NCBI GenBank assembly: GCA_028286725.1
Contig: JAQBQZ010000005.1
Span: forward strand, 1-50,448
DNA: 50,448 nucleotides
Source of the DNA: Candidatus Tayloriibacteriota bacterium
GTDB taxonomy: Bacteria; Patescibacteriota; Minisyncoccia; Phycocordibacterales; CAIRYW01
Direction: 5' to 3'
Shown here: positions 37,471 to 47,232 of the stretch, piece by piece
Layout of the letters: each line of letters starts with the position of its first letter
Position numbering within the stretch: position 1 is the stretch's first letter
The notes under the pieces: generated by a model
Told to the model about the DNA's origin: nothing
What the model saw: the letters and a program-made list of their open reading frames with translations, nothing else
Database searches by the model: none
Translations under genes and position numbers: made by a program

Positions 37471-40386
37471 ATGGCGGAAAATCTACAACAAAACGAAATA
37501 AATAAATTCTCTTCACCTCTTGAAGAGATAGAATATCTTCGTGCCAAAGTTGTCACTGCAGAAAAAAACTATCTTGAAAAATTCGGCGCTGCAGATCGTG
37601 AGAGTATTGTGCGTGAAGAGATTCGTAGATACGCACAGGCGAATCCTGATGAAGTGCTCGCCAAGGGACACAAGATGCTTGAGGTGCATCAAAGAGAGAT
37701 CGTGCTTGAGCTTGCGCCAGAAAACCATGACACCAAAATGGAGGAACTTTTGGCGATTCTTGCAGAACGAGGTCTCCGAAATACCCTTGATATCATTACA
37801 CTTTTGAACAATCCGCACCTCGAAGATGATTTTCATCGATTCCTTGTTCAATACATCAAATCAGGCCTTCCTATAAATGACATAAAAGGGGTTGAAAAAT
37901 ATACCAAAGCTCTCAAGCACACTCTCTTTGAGATTTCTTTACCGACAGCTGAGGGTGAAGAAGAAAAACAAAAAGCACTCAAAGAACTGGTCTCATCAAT
38001 GGAGCAATTTTATGCAGGTATGGTATCTGTTGCTCATCAAAACGATGAATCATTCACAATCGAGCTTGCCAATCCTGAAGGATCGCTCGAGTCTGTTTTT
38101 TATGTTTCGGTTCCCGGTGATATGTCACATCTTTTCGAAAAACAAATTCTCTCTATATTTCCCAAAGCAAAACTCCTTGAGAAAAAAGATGATTACAATA
38201 TTTTCAACTATGATGGAGCAACTGTTGCGATGGAAGGGAAGATCCAGGGCAATCCCATCTTTCCAATCAAGTGCTATGACAAATTCGACTTCGATCCTTT
38301 GAATATTCTTCTCAATACTTATTCAAAGATTGATGAAGATGGTGAGGGTGCGTGTGTACAGATCATTCTTCGGCCTGACCATGAGAAATATCTTGAACAT
38401 TATCAAGAGGCGCTTCGAGATCTTGAAAAAGGAGGAGTGGCAAAAAAAGCGTTAGATGTTAGGCACACCCTTCTTGGACAGTTTTCAAAAACATTCAAAG
38501 AGTTTGCGTTTGAAGGTGTGAAGGAAATTTTCGGACCTGCACCAGGCAAGAATCCACAGATGACTTCTCCTACAAATCGGGCTACAGAAAACCAGACGAT
38601 CATCGAGCAGATAAGAGAGAAGATCTCAACTCCAATCCTTCAGTCCAACATTCGAATCATCGCTTCTGCAAAAAATAGCCAGCGAGCATACAAGATCGCA
38701 TTCGACCTTGCTTCGTCATTCAATCAATTTGAAAATACTCGAGGAGCAAAGATTGTATTTGAAGAAATTGTTCAAAAAATGCAGGCAGAATTTCTAAAGA
38801 AATTTATCTATCGTGTCTTTGATGATACGAAAAACCTTCCGCTTTCAATCAAAGAGGTGACGAGTATTATGCACTTTCCACAGCACAATATTTCATCTCC
38901 TCAACTCAAAGTCTCAAAAGCGGCAACAGCTCCTGCACCGCTTGGACTTGCGTCAAAAGGAACATTGCTCGGTATCAACAGTGATAGAAATCAAAATACT
39001 AATATATTCACCACAGATGAGGATCGTCTGCGACATTTCTATGTTATCGGACAGACTGGTACTGGTAAGACGACACTTCTAAAAAACATGATCACTCAAG
39101 ATATTCTTGCGGGCAATGGTGTCTGTATGATCGATCCACACGGATCAGATATTCAAGACATCCTCGCCATCATTCCAAAAGAACGATATGAGGATGTGAT
39201 CTATTTTGATCCTGGATATGCGCCGCGACCGATGGCTTTGAACATGCTCGAATACGATGTGAACTACCCAGAACAAAAGACATTCGTCGTAAACGAACTT
39301 CTCTCAATCTTCAACAAACTCTTTGATATGAAAGTGGCAGGAGGTCCGATGTTCGAACAATATTTCCGAAATGCTGTGTTGCTTGTAATGGATGATCCTG
39401 CGAGTGGTAATACACTACTCGATGTTTCTCGAGTGCTGTCGTCAAAACCATTTCGTGAACTGAAACTCTCGAAATGTAAAAATCCAACGGTGACACAATT
39501 CTGGAGAGAGATTGCAGACAAAGCGGGAGGGGAGGCATCGCTTCAAAACGTTGTGCCGTATATTACTTCAAAGTTCGATGTGTTTCTCTCAAACGAAATC
39601 ATGCGGCCGATCATTGCTCAAGAGCATTCAACATTCAACTTCCGTGAAGTAATGGATACAAAGAAAATTCTTCTCGTGAATCTCTCGAAGGGAAGACTCG
39701 GAGATATTAATGCCAACCTTATTGGACTTATTCTTGTAGGAAAGATCCTCATGGCGGCGCTTTCACGTGCAGACTCTTTTGGGACATCTCTTCCATCGTT
39801 TTATCTTTATATTGATGAATTCCAGAACATTACGACAGATTCGATTTCACAGATTCTTTCTGAAGCGCGAAAGTATAAACTGTCTCTCACGATCGCACAC
39901 CAATTTATCGCTCAGCTTGAGGAGAAGATCAAAGATTCTGTATTTGGAAACGTCGGATCCATAGCAGCATTCCGAGTTGGTGCTGATGATGCAGAATATC
40001 TCGAAAAACAATTCTCTCCAGTCTTTAATGCAAAGGATCTTTTGAATCTAGACAACAGAAATGCATACATGAAGATGCTTTCAGATGGGAGACCTGTGCG
40101 ACCATTTAGTATAGCGACGATGCCGCCTTTGAAAGGGGATGAGGGAATTGTGGCAAAGCTCAAAGAACTCTCATATCTCACCTATGGGCGAGAGAGAGGT
40201 TTGATCGAAGCAGAGATCGCAAACAAATTCAAAAAAGAACCACCAAAGGAAATTCCACCAAGTTCTCCGTTCGGCACGCCGGTTCCTGTGACACCAATTG
40301 TAGCTCCAGTTGTTCCTGTTACACCAACTCCCGCTGTCACACCTGCACCTGCGCCCGCGACGAAGAATAATCCATTTGCGGTATAA
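37471..40386 (+). CDS. VirD4/TraG/HerA-like P-loop ATPase (type IV coupling-protein-like)
   Basis: DRLRHFYVIGQTGTGKT, IDPHG, LYIDEFQN, SEARKY, AHQFIAQL, FRVGADDAEYL; Pro-rich tail. Confidence 0.85.
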   Translation: MAENLQQNEINKFSSPLEEIEYLRAKVVTAEKNYLEKFGAADRESIVREEIRRYAQANPDEVLAKGHKMLEVHQREIVLELAPENHDTKMEELLAILAERGLRNTLDIITLLNNPHLEDDFHRFLVQYIKSGLPINDIKGVEKYTKALKHTLFEISLPTAEGEEEKQKALKELVSSMEQFYAGMVSVAHQNDESFTIELANPEGSLESVFYVSVPGDMSHLFEKQILSIFPKAKLLEKKDDYNIFNYDGATVAMEGKIQGNPIFPIKCYDKFDFDPLNILLNTYSKIDEDGEGACVQIILRPDHEKYLEHYQEALRDLEKGGVAKKALDVRHTLLGQFSKTFKEFAFEGVKEIFGPAPGKNPQMTSPTNRATENQTIIEQIREKISTPILQSNIRIIASAKNSQRAYKIAFDLASSFNQFENTRGAKIVFEEIVQKMQAEFLKKFIYRVFDDTKNLPLSIKEVTSIMHFPQHNISSPQLKVSKAATAPAPLGLASKGTLLGINSDRNQNTNIFTTDEDRLRHFYVIGQTGTGKTTLLKNMITQDILAGNGVCMIDPHGSDIQDILAIIPKERYEDVIYFDPGYAPRPMALNMLEYDVNYPEQKTFVVNELLSIFNKLFDMKVAGGPMFEQYFRNAVLLVMDDPASGNTLLDVSRVLSSKPFRELKLSKCKNPTVTQFWREIADKAGGEASLQNVVPYITSKFDVFLSNEIMRPIIAQEHSTFNFREVMDTKKILLVNLSKGRLGDINANLIGLILVGKILMAALSRADSFGTSLPSFYLYIDEFQNITTDSISQILSEARKYKLSLTIAHQFIAQLEEKIKDSVFGNVGSIAAFRVGADDAEYLEKQFSPVFNAKDLLNLDNRNAYMKMLSDGRPVRPFSIATMPPLKGDEGIVAKLKELSYLTYGRERGLIEAEIANKFKKEPPKEIPPSSPFGTPVPVTPIVAPVVPVTPTPAVTPAPAPATKNNPFAV

Positions 40387-40459
40387 AAGATTGAGTATGA
40401 TTATGTTGTAGAATAAATAAAATTTGCACAGTTCGCTTCGCGAACTGTGCATTTGTTTA

Positions 40460-40819
40460 TTAACCACTCTTATCTTCGCTCCAAGATGTTGAGACTCTCA
40501 TCTCGTTTAAATGACCAAGCTCTGATGCGATAACTCTGAAAACCCTCCTCGATTCATCTTTCCATTCTGGTGAGACAGACCGGTTAAGATTACTCATAAG
40601 AATTGTCTGAAGTTGTCGCATAGCATTTGCCACTTCATTTAAGACTTCAAGTGATGGTTCGTGACCTAGCTTTTCAAGCTCTCTTGATATTAATGGCGGC
40701 AAACTCCAGATCATTTCTCCAAAGCGGGAAGAGGGCGGTTCGTCAGCACCATCTTGGAGTGCTAGCAAATATGTTACGCCTCTTTTTGTGACGATGTATG
40801 GTTTTGGGATATCTGGCAT
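40460..40819 (-). CDS. Hypothetical protein
   Basis: 119-aa ORF, AC-rich leader, shares the terminator at 40420-40455. Confidence 0.6.
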   Translation of the reverse strand: MPDIPKPYIVTKRGVTYLLALQDGADEPPSSRFGEMIWSLPPLISRELEKLGHEPSLEVLNEVANAMRQLQTILMSNLNRSVSPEWKDESRRVFRVIASELGHLNEMRVSTSWSEDKSG

Positions 40820-40940
40820 ATGTTTGTGGTGGTTGAATGTACACCTCAGAGTAGTTTAGGGTAATGCGGGGGTTTAGTTAATTTTATTGTATGTTTATAC
40901 ATTTTTGACACAAAATGTAATATTTGATACAATATGGCAA

Positions 40941-41585
40941 ATGATAAAAATTCCCGACATAGTAAAAGAAATTTTGTATTCATCTGAAGTGGCACTCAGT
41001 GCTTTTTATGAGGGCTATTTAAATCTTTCTTCGTACGCGGTATCAATAAAAGCGGAAGTTGAAAGTAAGACAAAAAAGAAAGTAAGACTCGGAACTATTG
41101 TTGTCGCACTGTCTAGATTAAAGAAAGGTCTTCGTATACCTAAAAAAATTATCCCAGATGTAAAAATAGAGGATTTATCAATAAGGCAAGGATTGATTGA
41201 GATAACTTTCAATAAAACTCCTGAAAATATATCAAAGTTGAAATTATTGAATGATAAAAGTGATACTCATAATAAATATATTTTAGTGAGTCAGGGTGCC
41301 GGGGAAATATCAATTATTACTCATGTTGCAATGAAAGATTATATTCTTAAAGTGTTCAAGGATAGTCCAAAGGCAATTATTGATTCTTTATCAAGTGTCA
41401 CAATTAGATTTGGTGCTGATTACATTAATACTTCAAATGTTATTTATAAATTTGTGAGGGAATTAGCTTTGAAAACAGTAGTTATTGTTGAGATTATTTC
41501 TACCTACTCCGAATTAAGTTTTATTGTTTTTGATAGAGATGGTGCCAAGGTGCTAGAGATACTTGGAAAAAATATTGTCAGATAG
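40941..41585 (+). CDS. ACT-domain protein with an N-terminal helical/HTH-like region (putative amino-acid-responsive regulator)
   Basis: GYLNLSSYA..GTIVVALSRL; C-terminal EIISTYSELSFIV. ATG 40941. Confidence 0.65.
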   Translation: MIKIPDIVKEILYSSEVALSAFYEGYLNLSSYAVSIKAEVESKTKKKVRLGTIVVALSRLKKGLRIPKKIIPDVKIEDLSIRQGLIEITFNKTPENISKLKLLNDKSDTHNKYILVSQGAGEISIITHVAMKDYILKVFKDSPKAIIDSLSSVTIRFGADYINTSNVIYKFVRELALKTVVIVEIISTYSELSFIVFDRDGAKVLEILGKNIVR

Positions 41586-41777
41586 GTATTTGTGAATAAA
41601 TAAACTCAAAATGCGCAGCATCCAAAGAATGCTGCGCATTTTGTTGACAGAAGTTGGAAATGCTATATAAATAGAGAAATCGAGTTCTTTTAAATGTGTG
41701 TACCACAGCCAAAAGTCTTTTAAAATAGAAGTTTTTTGGCTGTGGTAATGAATACTATGGTCAACTAATCAATTCTT

Positions 41778-42248
41778 ATGAAACTTTTTTTTGCAATTTC
41801 AGTTTTGAGGCATGGTGAACGTGCTTACTTTCGGGAGTTTGAGGATCTGCTGGTGACGGCACTCGAGCACTCCCATCTCCAGATGCCGACATTGGATGAT
41901 TACGAAAAACTGTTGCTTCCCAAAATTCCGCCTAAATCTGACGTTCCGTTTTTTGATGAGTATTTGGAAATCGTGCATGCAAAAAATGCCGCACTCTTTC
42001 CTCAACTCGTCTGGCTCCCAGATCGCCGGTGGCAAGACTCAGAGATTCAGGGTAAATTTAGCTCACTTGGTTGTGCTGGGGACAGGCTTGTGTTTCATCG
42101 ATCTGTTGTGAGGGGTACCCACCCTTACACTCCACATTCAATGATATCTTTTGTCTTTCGAAACGGAAGGTGGATTCATGATGTGATCGGTCCGTTGACA
42201 AAGTTAACCGATCGCTGTTTTGGATTGATTGTCTTGCCGGAGAAGTAA
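41778..42248 (+). CDS. Hypothetical protein
   Basis: 156-aa ORF with own promoter (TTGACA 41644), leader hairpin 41701-41747 and terminator about 42268-42301. Confidence 0.6.
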   Translation: MKLFFAISVLRHGERAYFREFEDLLVTALEHSHLQMPTLDDYEKLLLPKIPPKSDVPFFDEYLEIVHAKNAALFPQLVWLPDRRWQDSEIQGKFSSLGCAGDRLVFHRSVVRGTHPYTPHSMISFVFRNGRWIHDVIGPLTKLTDRCFGLIVLPEK

Positions 42249-42478
42249 TCATACACATTTATTCTCGAAGTGACGCGTAGCAATACGTGCCACTTTTTTT
42301 TATTCAAAATTTTAATAATAATTTTAGGATAAAATGCGAGTCCTAAGTTTAATTTAAAATTAAGTAATAATCGTCTGTAACACCGGTGCGGAGTTTGTAT
42401 TTACCCTTATTTTGTAATATAATCCTCATATTATTCTTAATTCGTAATACTTGATTAGTATCGATATTTTATACATAT

Positions 42479-43078
42479 ATGCACCCAAAAAAGGAACGAA
42501 CATTTGTGATTATTAAACCAGACGGAATCCAGAGAAGTCTCGTAGGAGAGATTATTGGACGATTCGAAAGAACTGGACTCAAGGTTGTGGGAATGAAATT
42601 CGGAATGCTCGACAAGGCAAAGATCTGGACGCACTACGGTAAGGACGATGCGTGGTTCCTCAAAAAAGGAACAAAGATTGCAGAAGACCGAAAGGCTGCA
42701 GGAATGGTTGTAGACAAAGAACCAATTGATTACGGAAAAGATATCATCCGAGCTCTCGAGAAGTTTATGACAGCTTGTCCTGTTGTATCTTTGGTACTTG
42801 AAGGTAACCAGGCAGTAGCGGTAGTGACAAAGCTTGTGGGAACTACAGAGCCAACTACAAGTGATGTAGGAACTATCAGAGGAGATCTTACTCTCGATAG
42901 TTATCAGATCGCTGCAGTAGATGACCGAGCAGTGCGAAATCTTATCCACTGTTCAGATACAGTAGAGAATGCAAACAATGAAATCGCTCTCTGGTTCGAA
43001 GAAAAGGATCTTTTCAACTACCGAGTAGTTGCAGATGCGATACTTTACGATATTAACTTGGATGGAATCCTAGAGTAG
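42479..43078 (+). CDS. ndk: Nucleoside diphosphate kinase
   Basis: ERTFVIIKPDG, GTIRGD, RNLIHCSD. Confidence 0.95.
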   Translation: MHPKKERTFVIIKPDGIQRSLVGEIIGRFERTGLKVVGMKFGMLDKAKIWTHYGKDDAWFLKKGTKIAEDRKAAGMVVDKEPIDYGKDIIRALEKFMTACPVVSLVLEGNQAVAVVTKLVGTTEPTTSDVGTIRGDLTLDSYQIAAVDDRAVRNLIHCSDTVENANNEIALWFEEKDLFNYRVVADAILYDINLDGILE

Positions 43079-43188
43079 GAAGTAAAAAATAAAAAAGCAC
43101 CGCGGCAAAGCCTCGGTGCTTTTTTTATTTCTTCTTGTCTTTCAATAAAAAAATACCACACCTTTCGGTGCGGTATTTAGTTTTGGGA

Positions 43189-43533
43189 TTACTTCGTCTT
43201 CTCTACGATCTTACTGAAGATTGCTGGATGACTTTCTGCAAGTCCTGAGAGGATCTTTCGGTCGAGAGCGATGTTCGCTTTCTTGAGTCCTCCAATAAAC
43301 TTACTGTATGAGATTCCAGAACCTAGAAGTCCTGCTCCAATTCGTACATTGAAAAGCTGTCGTCGATCAGTCTTCTTGTCTCGTCGGTGTGCGAAAGCGT
43401 AAGTACCAGCGTGAGCGATAGCTTCGATAGCCATTTTCTCCTTTGTACTTCGTCCAAATCGGTATCCTTTAACCTGTTTGAGGACATTCTTTCGTGATTT
43501 ATTTGCGTTTACTCCTTTTTTTACTCTTGTCAT
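43189..43533 (-). CDS. rplT: 50S ribosomal protein L20
   Basis: MTRVKKG, YAFAHRR, SYSKFIGGL, LDRKILS. Confidence 0.97.
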   Translation of the reverse strand: MTRVKKGVNANKSRKNVLKQVKGYRFGRSTKEKMAIEAIAHAGTYAFAHRRDKKTDRRQLFNVRIGAGLLGSGISYSKFIGGLKKANIALDRKILSGLAESHPAIFSKIVEKTK

Positions 43534-43565
43534 ATTGTTTTCTTAATTTTAGTAGTGGTCCGTAA

Positions 43566-43754
43566 TTACTTACTTTTTGTGATAAATCTTCGAATGTCTC
43601 TCTGTGACATAGGGAAGTCTGTTGATCGTTTCTTATTCAACTGCTTGTTTCGAGATTCCTTCGCATTAAAATGGTTTTGACCAGCTTTTCGAGCTTTGAT
43701 CTTACCGTTCTTTGTGACCTTTAGTCTCTTTGCAAATGATTTGTTTGTTTTCAT
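43566..43754 (-). CDS. rpmI: 50S ribosomal protein L35
   Basis: MKTNKSFAKRLKVTKNGKI, between infC and rplT. Confidence 0.95.
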   Translation of the reverse strand: MKTNKSFAKRLKVTKNGKIKARKAGQNHFNAKESRNKQLNKKRSTDFPMSQRDIRRFITKSK

Positions 43755-43773
43755 CTTGTTATTTTATAAATTA

Positions 43774-44280
43774 TTATTTGTCTTTTTCTATGACGATACT
43801 GAGTCCTTTTGGAGATTTCTTTGCTTCTTCTGTGATCTTGAATGATACAGATATAAGGCGAAGAATTCTATCAAGTCTCTCTTTCAAAAAATTCACTTCA
43901 AGATACTTTGATCTACCTGTAAGGAATAGATCTATTCTGATCTTATTGCCTTCGGCAAGCCATTCAGATGCTTTTTTAGCCTTGAGAGCCAGGTCATGGT
44001 CGCCTGTACCTATCTTTACTTGGAGATTTTTAACCTCTACTGTATGAGATTTTGACTTCTGGACCTTGAGTTTTTTGTTTGCCTCGTATAAGAATTTACC
44101 ATAATCTGAGATTTTTGCAATAGGTGGAACGGCATTAGGGGAGATCTCAATGAGATCGAGGCTTGCTTCATGAGCTTTGTCCATTGCCTCAGAAAAGCTT
44201 AAAACACCAAGGTTTTCGCCTTGAGATCCAATTACTCTGAGTTCCTTTGCTCTTATTTGATGATTTATTCTTGCGTCCAC
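43774..44280 (-). CDS. infC: Translation initiation factor IF-3
   Basis: INHQIRAKELRVI, LDLIEISPNAVPPIAKISDYGKFLYE. Start is GTG 44280 or an upstream in-frame ATA at 44298. Confidence 0.95.
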   Translation of the reverse strand: MDARINHQIRAKELRVIGSQGENLGVLSFSEAMDKAHEASLDLIEISPNAVPPIAKISDYGKFLYEANKKLKVQKSKSHTVEVKNLQVKIGTGDHDLALKAKKASEWLAEGNKIRIDLFLTGRSKYLEVNFLKERLDRILRLISVSFKITEEAKKSPKGLSIVIEKDK

Positions 44281-44378
44281 TGTTGTTGTAGGTCTTATTG
44301 ACTATAAATATAGCAGAAAATTTGCAAAATGACAATAAGTCCTGTGCTTTGTGACTCATTTTTTGGTATAATTTCTCC

Positions 44379-44690
44379 ATGCCCATTATACCCAAAAGCT
44401 CAAAAGTTAAGTTTGTACTCATTGTTCTTTTTTTACTTATTATCGGTTCTGGATTTTATTTCAAAGCTCGAGATGCGAGAGCTCCAATTGTAGTCAGTAT
44501 ACCTGTTGCAGAAGATGATTCGAATGCGAGCTATCTCGATGGTCAGATGGAGGATGGAGTACTCTTTGATGATTCGAATGTTTCCACTTCGACTGCTACG
44601 AGTACAACAGCAACAACTACTAAAGGTAGCAAAAACACTAAAGAACTTGCCACTACAACTACCACAACGACTACAAAAACAGGTATATAG
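44379..44690 (+). CDS. Membrane-anchored protein with a Thr-rich tail
   Basis: N-terminal TM, poly-Thr C-terminus, TATAAT 6 nt before the ATG. Confidence 0.65.
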   Translation: MPIIPKSSKVKFVLIVLFLLIIGSGFYFKARDARAPIVVSIPVAEDDSNASYLDGQMEDGVLFDDSNVSTSTATSTTATTTKGSKNTKELATTTTTTTTKTGI

Positions 44691-44716
44691 ATATCACTTT
44701 GGTTCAAAAAAAACAT

Positions 44717-44736
44717 ATGTAAGGTTAACTTTACAT
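44717..44736. promoter_or_regulatory. Palindromic operator upstream of the XRE gene
   Basis: ATGTAAGGTTAACTTTACAT. Confidence 0.65.
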
Positions 44737-44764
44737 GCCGAGGTGGCTATGCAATAGTATTGTC

Positions 44765-44968
44765 ATGTCACAAGTAATCATAAATAAACTTATTCATTAT
44801 AGAACCAGTCTGAATCTGACTCAGGAGGACTTGGCAGTGAAACTTGGTGTCACTCGTCAGACGATTATTGCGATTGAGAAGGGTAACTACACACCATCCC
44901 TCCTTCTCGCTCTCAAGGTATCTGGTTTCTTTAAGGTGCCAGTTGAAAAGATTTTTAATTTAAAATAA
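44765..44968 (+). CDS. XRE-family HTH transcriptional regulator
   Basis: LTQEDLAVKLGVTRQTIIAIEKGNYTPSL..VEKIF. Confidence 0.92.
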   Translation: MSQVIINKLIHYRTSLNLTQEDLAVKLGVTRQTIIAIEKGNYTPSLLLALKVSGFFKVPVEKIFNLK

Positions 44969-44973
44969 TAATT

Positions 44974-45327
44974 ATGAAAAAAGAAATTATCATTACATCC
45001 CTCCTTACTGCACTCCTCGCATTTTTTACAATCGGAGGTGATAGGCTGCTCTCTCATTTTATGCTGATGTGGGTCTGCATTGCTTTTACTTTTATCTTTC
45101 TGTTTGGAGTAATCTTTTTTCTTAAAGAAAAGCCACAAGACGAAAGAGAGCTTCAGCATTACATGGATGCGGACAGAAAGGCTTATATGTTTGGAAGTAT
45201 TTGTTTGGCTGTGGTTATTGTTCATCAGGGTATATGGGGCGTGATTGAACCGCTTTTTCCCGTGGTGCTTTTGGCTATGGTTTTATCTCGCGCAATCTTT
45301 CTTGGTTCAAATAGAAGTCACCATTAA
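44974..45327 (+). CDS. Four-TM membrane protein co-transcribed with the XRE gene
   Basis: Hydrophobic segments and a DERE motif. Confidence 0.75.
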   Translation: MKKEIIITSLLTALLAFFTIGGDRLLSHFMLMWVCIAFTFIFLFGVIFFLKEKPQDERELQHYMDADRKAYMFGSICLAVVIVHQGIWGVIEPLFPVVLLAMVLSRAIFLGSNRSHH

Positions 45328-45330
45328 TTT

Positions 45331-45366
45331 ATGTAAAGTTGACTTTACATTTGGAAGTCATATAAT
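45331..45366 (+). promoter_or_regulatory. Second palindromic operator overlapping the promoter of the DipZ-like gene
   Basis: ATGTAAAGTTGACTTTACAT containing TTGACT; TATAAT at 45361. Confidence 0.65.
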
Positions 45367-45394
45367 TACTCTATATCAAGTAATTAAATAATTT

Positions 45395-47206
45395 ATGTTT
45401 TTTGTACTCATCTCATTTGTTGCCGGTATTCTTACGGTTCTTGCACCCTGCGTACTTCCGCTTCTACCTGTCATTATTGGAAGTTCAGTTTCAGATGTGC
45501 GTTCAAAATTAAAGCCATATATAATTACACTCTCGCTTACTGTGTCTGTGATTTTGTTCACGCTTATTTTGAAGGTTGCGACAATTTTTATTGATATTCC
45601 TCCAACGTTCTGGCAATATCTCTCGGGTGGAATTTTGATCATATTTGGACTCATTACTTTGTTTCCAACACGATGGGAAAAGTTTTCAATCAAACTCAAT
45701 CTCATGTTGAGCAGAAAATCTAACAAGTTGCTTGCTCAAGGTGTAAAGAAAGAAAGTTTTTGGGGCGACATTATTATCGGCGCATCTTTGGGTCCCGTGT
45801 TTTCTTCTTGTAGTCCTACATACTTTGTGATTCTTGCCACTGTGCTTCCTCAGAGTTTTGGAAAGGGTCTTATTGATTTAATTGCATATTCGCTCGGGCT
45901 TTCTCTCTCGCTTCTTCTCATTTCAAAACTTGGACAAAAGCTTGTTGGACGACTTGAAGGTGTTTCAAATCCAGAAGGGTGGTTCAAAAAAACGCTTGGA
46001 GTAATATTTCTTCTTGTTGGTATTTTTGTGGCGACAGGTTATGACAAAGTGGTTCAGTCTTATCTCATAGAGCACAGCGTTTTTGATGTTACAAGGATTG
46101 AAGAGAATTATCTTCTACCAAATGCAACGAACAATACTCAAAATTCTATTTCTACAGGATCGGATGCTTCAACAACAAATGAAGATACTTCAAATGCAAT
46201 GGCGGCAACAAGTACATCGAATGCTGCTGGAGAAAAAGTTTCAAAACCTTCATTTCTTACATCTGCTCAAAAAAGTCTCAAATATTCAAAATACAAGGAA
46301 CTCGTCAATCCAAGCGGGTTTGTAAACAGTGATCCGTTTCAGCTCAAGGATATTGTTGGCAAGAAAGTGATACTTCTCGATGTGATGACTTATAGTTGTA
46401 TCAACTGCCAGCGAACATTTCCATACGCAAATGCGTGGTATGAAAAATATAAAGACAAAGGACTTGAGATTATTGCAATCCATACGCCAGAGTTTGCATT
46501 CGAACACAAGATAGAAAATGTTCGTGAAGCTATGGCGAAGTTCGGAATCAAATTCCCGGTTGTACTCGATAATGATTATGGAACTTGGAATGCATACGGT
46601 AATCAGTATTGGCCACGAAAATATCTTATTGATATTGATGGATATGTGACATATGATCATATTGGAGAAGGTGGATATGATGAGACTGAAGCGCAGATCA
46701 AAAAAGCACTCGAGGAGCGAGCAGAAAGACTTGGTAATACAAATGATGTGAAACAAATAAGTAATTCAGATGTGAGCTCAGGGATAGTTCCAGCAAAACC
46801 AGACGCGAAAAGCCAGGAGACATATTTCGGAGCATTTCGAAATGATAATTTCTTTGGTAATGGGAATGGTGGAGCGATGTACACTGACACGTTCACACTT
46901 CCAAAAACATTTGAGCCAAATCAATTTTACCTTGATGGTGATTGGACCGTGAATGATCAGTACATAGAGTCAAATGGAAATGCTATTCTCGTATTTAATT
47001 ATGATGCCACAAAGGTGCATCTCGTGGCAGAAGCTCCAAATGGAGCAACAATCAGAATCCAAAACGGACAAGTGAAAAATACCACGTGGATGGATATCAA
47101 AGACGCAACACTCTATACGATAGTAGACAATCCATCGTCACAAAAAAATATTTTTTATCTTTCGGTACCAAAAGGGGTGAGGTTGTATTCGTTGACATTT
47201 AGTTAA
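45395..47206 (+). CDS. DipZ-like fusion: CcdA/DsbD membrane domain plus thioredoxin domain
   Basis: AGILTVLAPCVLP, FSSCSP, TYSCINC, HTPEF, NQYWP, HIGEGGY. Confidence 0.88.
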   Translation: MFFVLISFVAGILTVLAPCVLPLLPVIIGSSVSDVRSKLKPYIITLSLTVSVILFTLILKVATIFIDIPPTFWQYLSGGILIIFGLITLFPTRWEKFSIKLNLMLSRKSNKLLAQGVKKESFWGDIIIGASLGPVFSSCSPTYFVILATVLPQSFGKGLIDLIAYSLGLSLSLLLISKLGQKLVGRLEGVSNPEGWFKKTLGVIFLLVGIFVATGYDKVVQSYLIEHSVFDVTRIEENYLLPNATNNTQNSISTGSDASTTNEDTSNAMAATSTSNAAGEKVSKPSFLTSAQKSLKYSKYKELVNPSGFVNSDPFQLKDIVGKKVILLDVMTYSCINCQRTFPYANAWYEKYKDKGLEIIAIHTPEFAFEHKIENVREAMAKFGIKFPVVLDNDYGTWNAYGNQYWPRKYLIDIDGYVTYDHIGEGGYDETEAQIKKALEERAERLGNTNDVKQISNSDVSSGIVPAKPDAKSQETYFGAFRNDNFFGNGNGGAMYTDTFTLPKTFEPNQFYLDGDWTVNDQYIESNGNAILVFNYDATKVHLVAEAPNGATIRIQNGQVKNTTWMDIKDATLYTIVDNPSSQKNIFYLSVPKGVRLYSLTFS

Positions 47207-47232
47207 ATAAAAAACGTTAGAGGGGTTTTCCT

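Noticed and set aside
30857-40386. Prophage or conjugative element
   Set aside because: No integrase, capsid, terminase, relaxase or VirB genes are present. The fibre has a signal peptide and is flanked by housekeeping genes.
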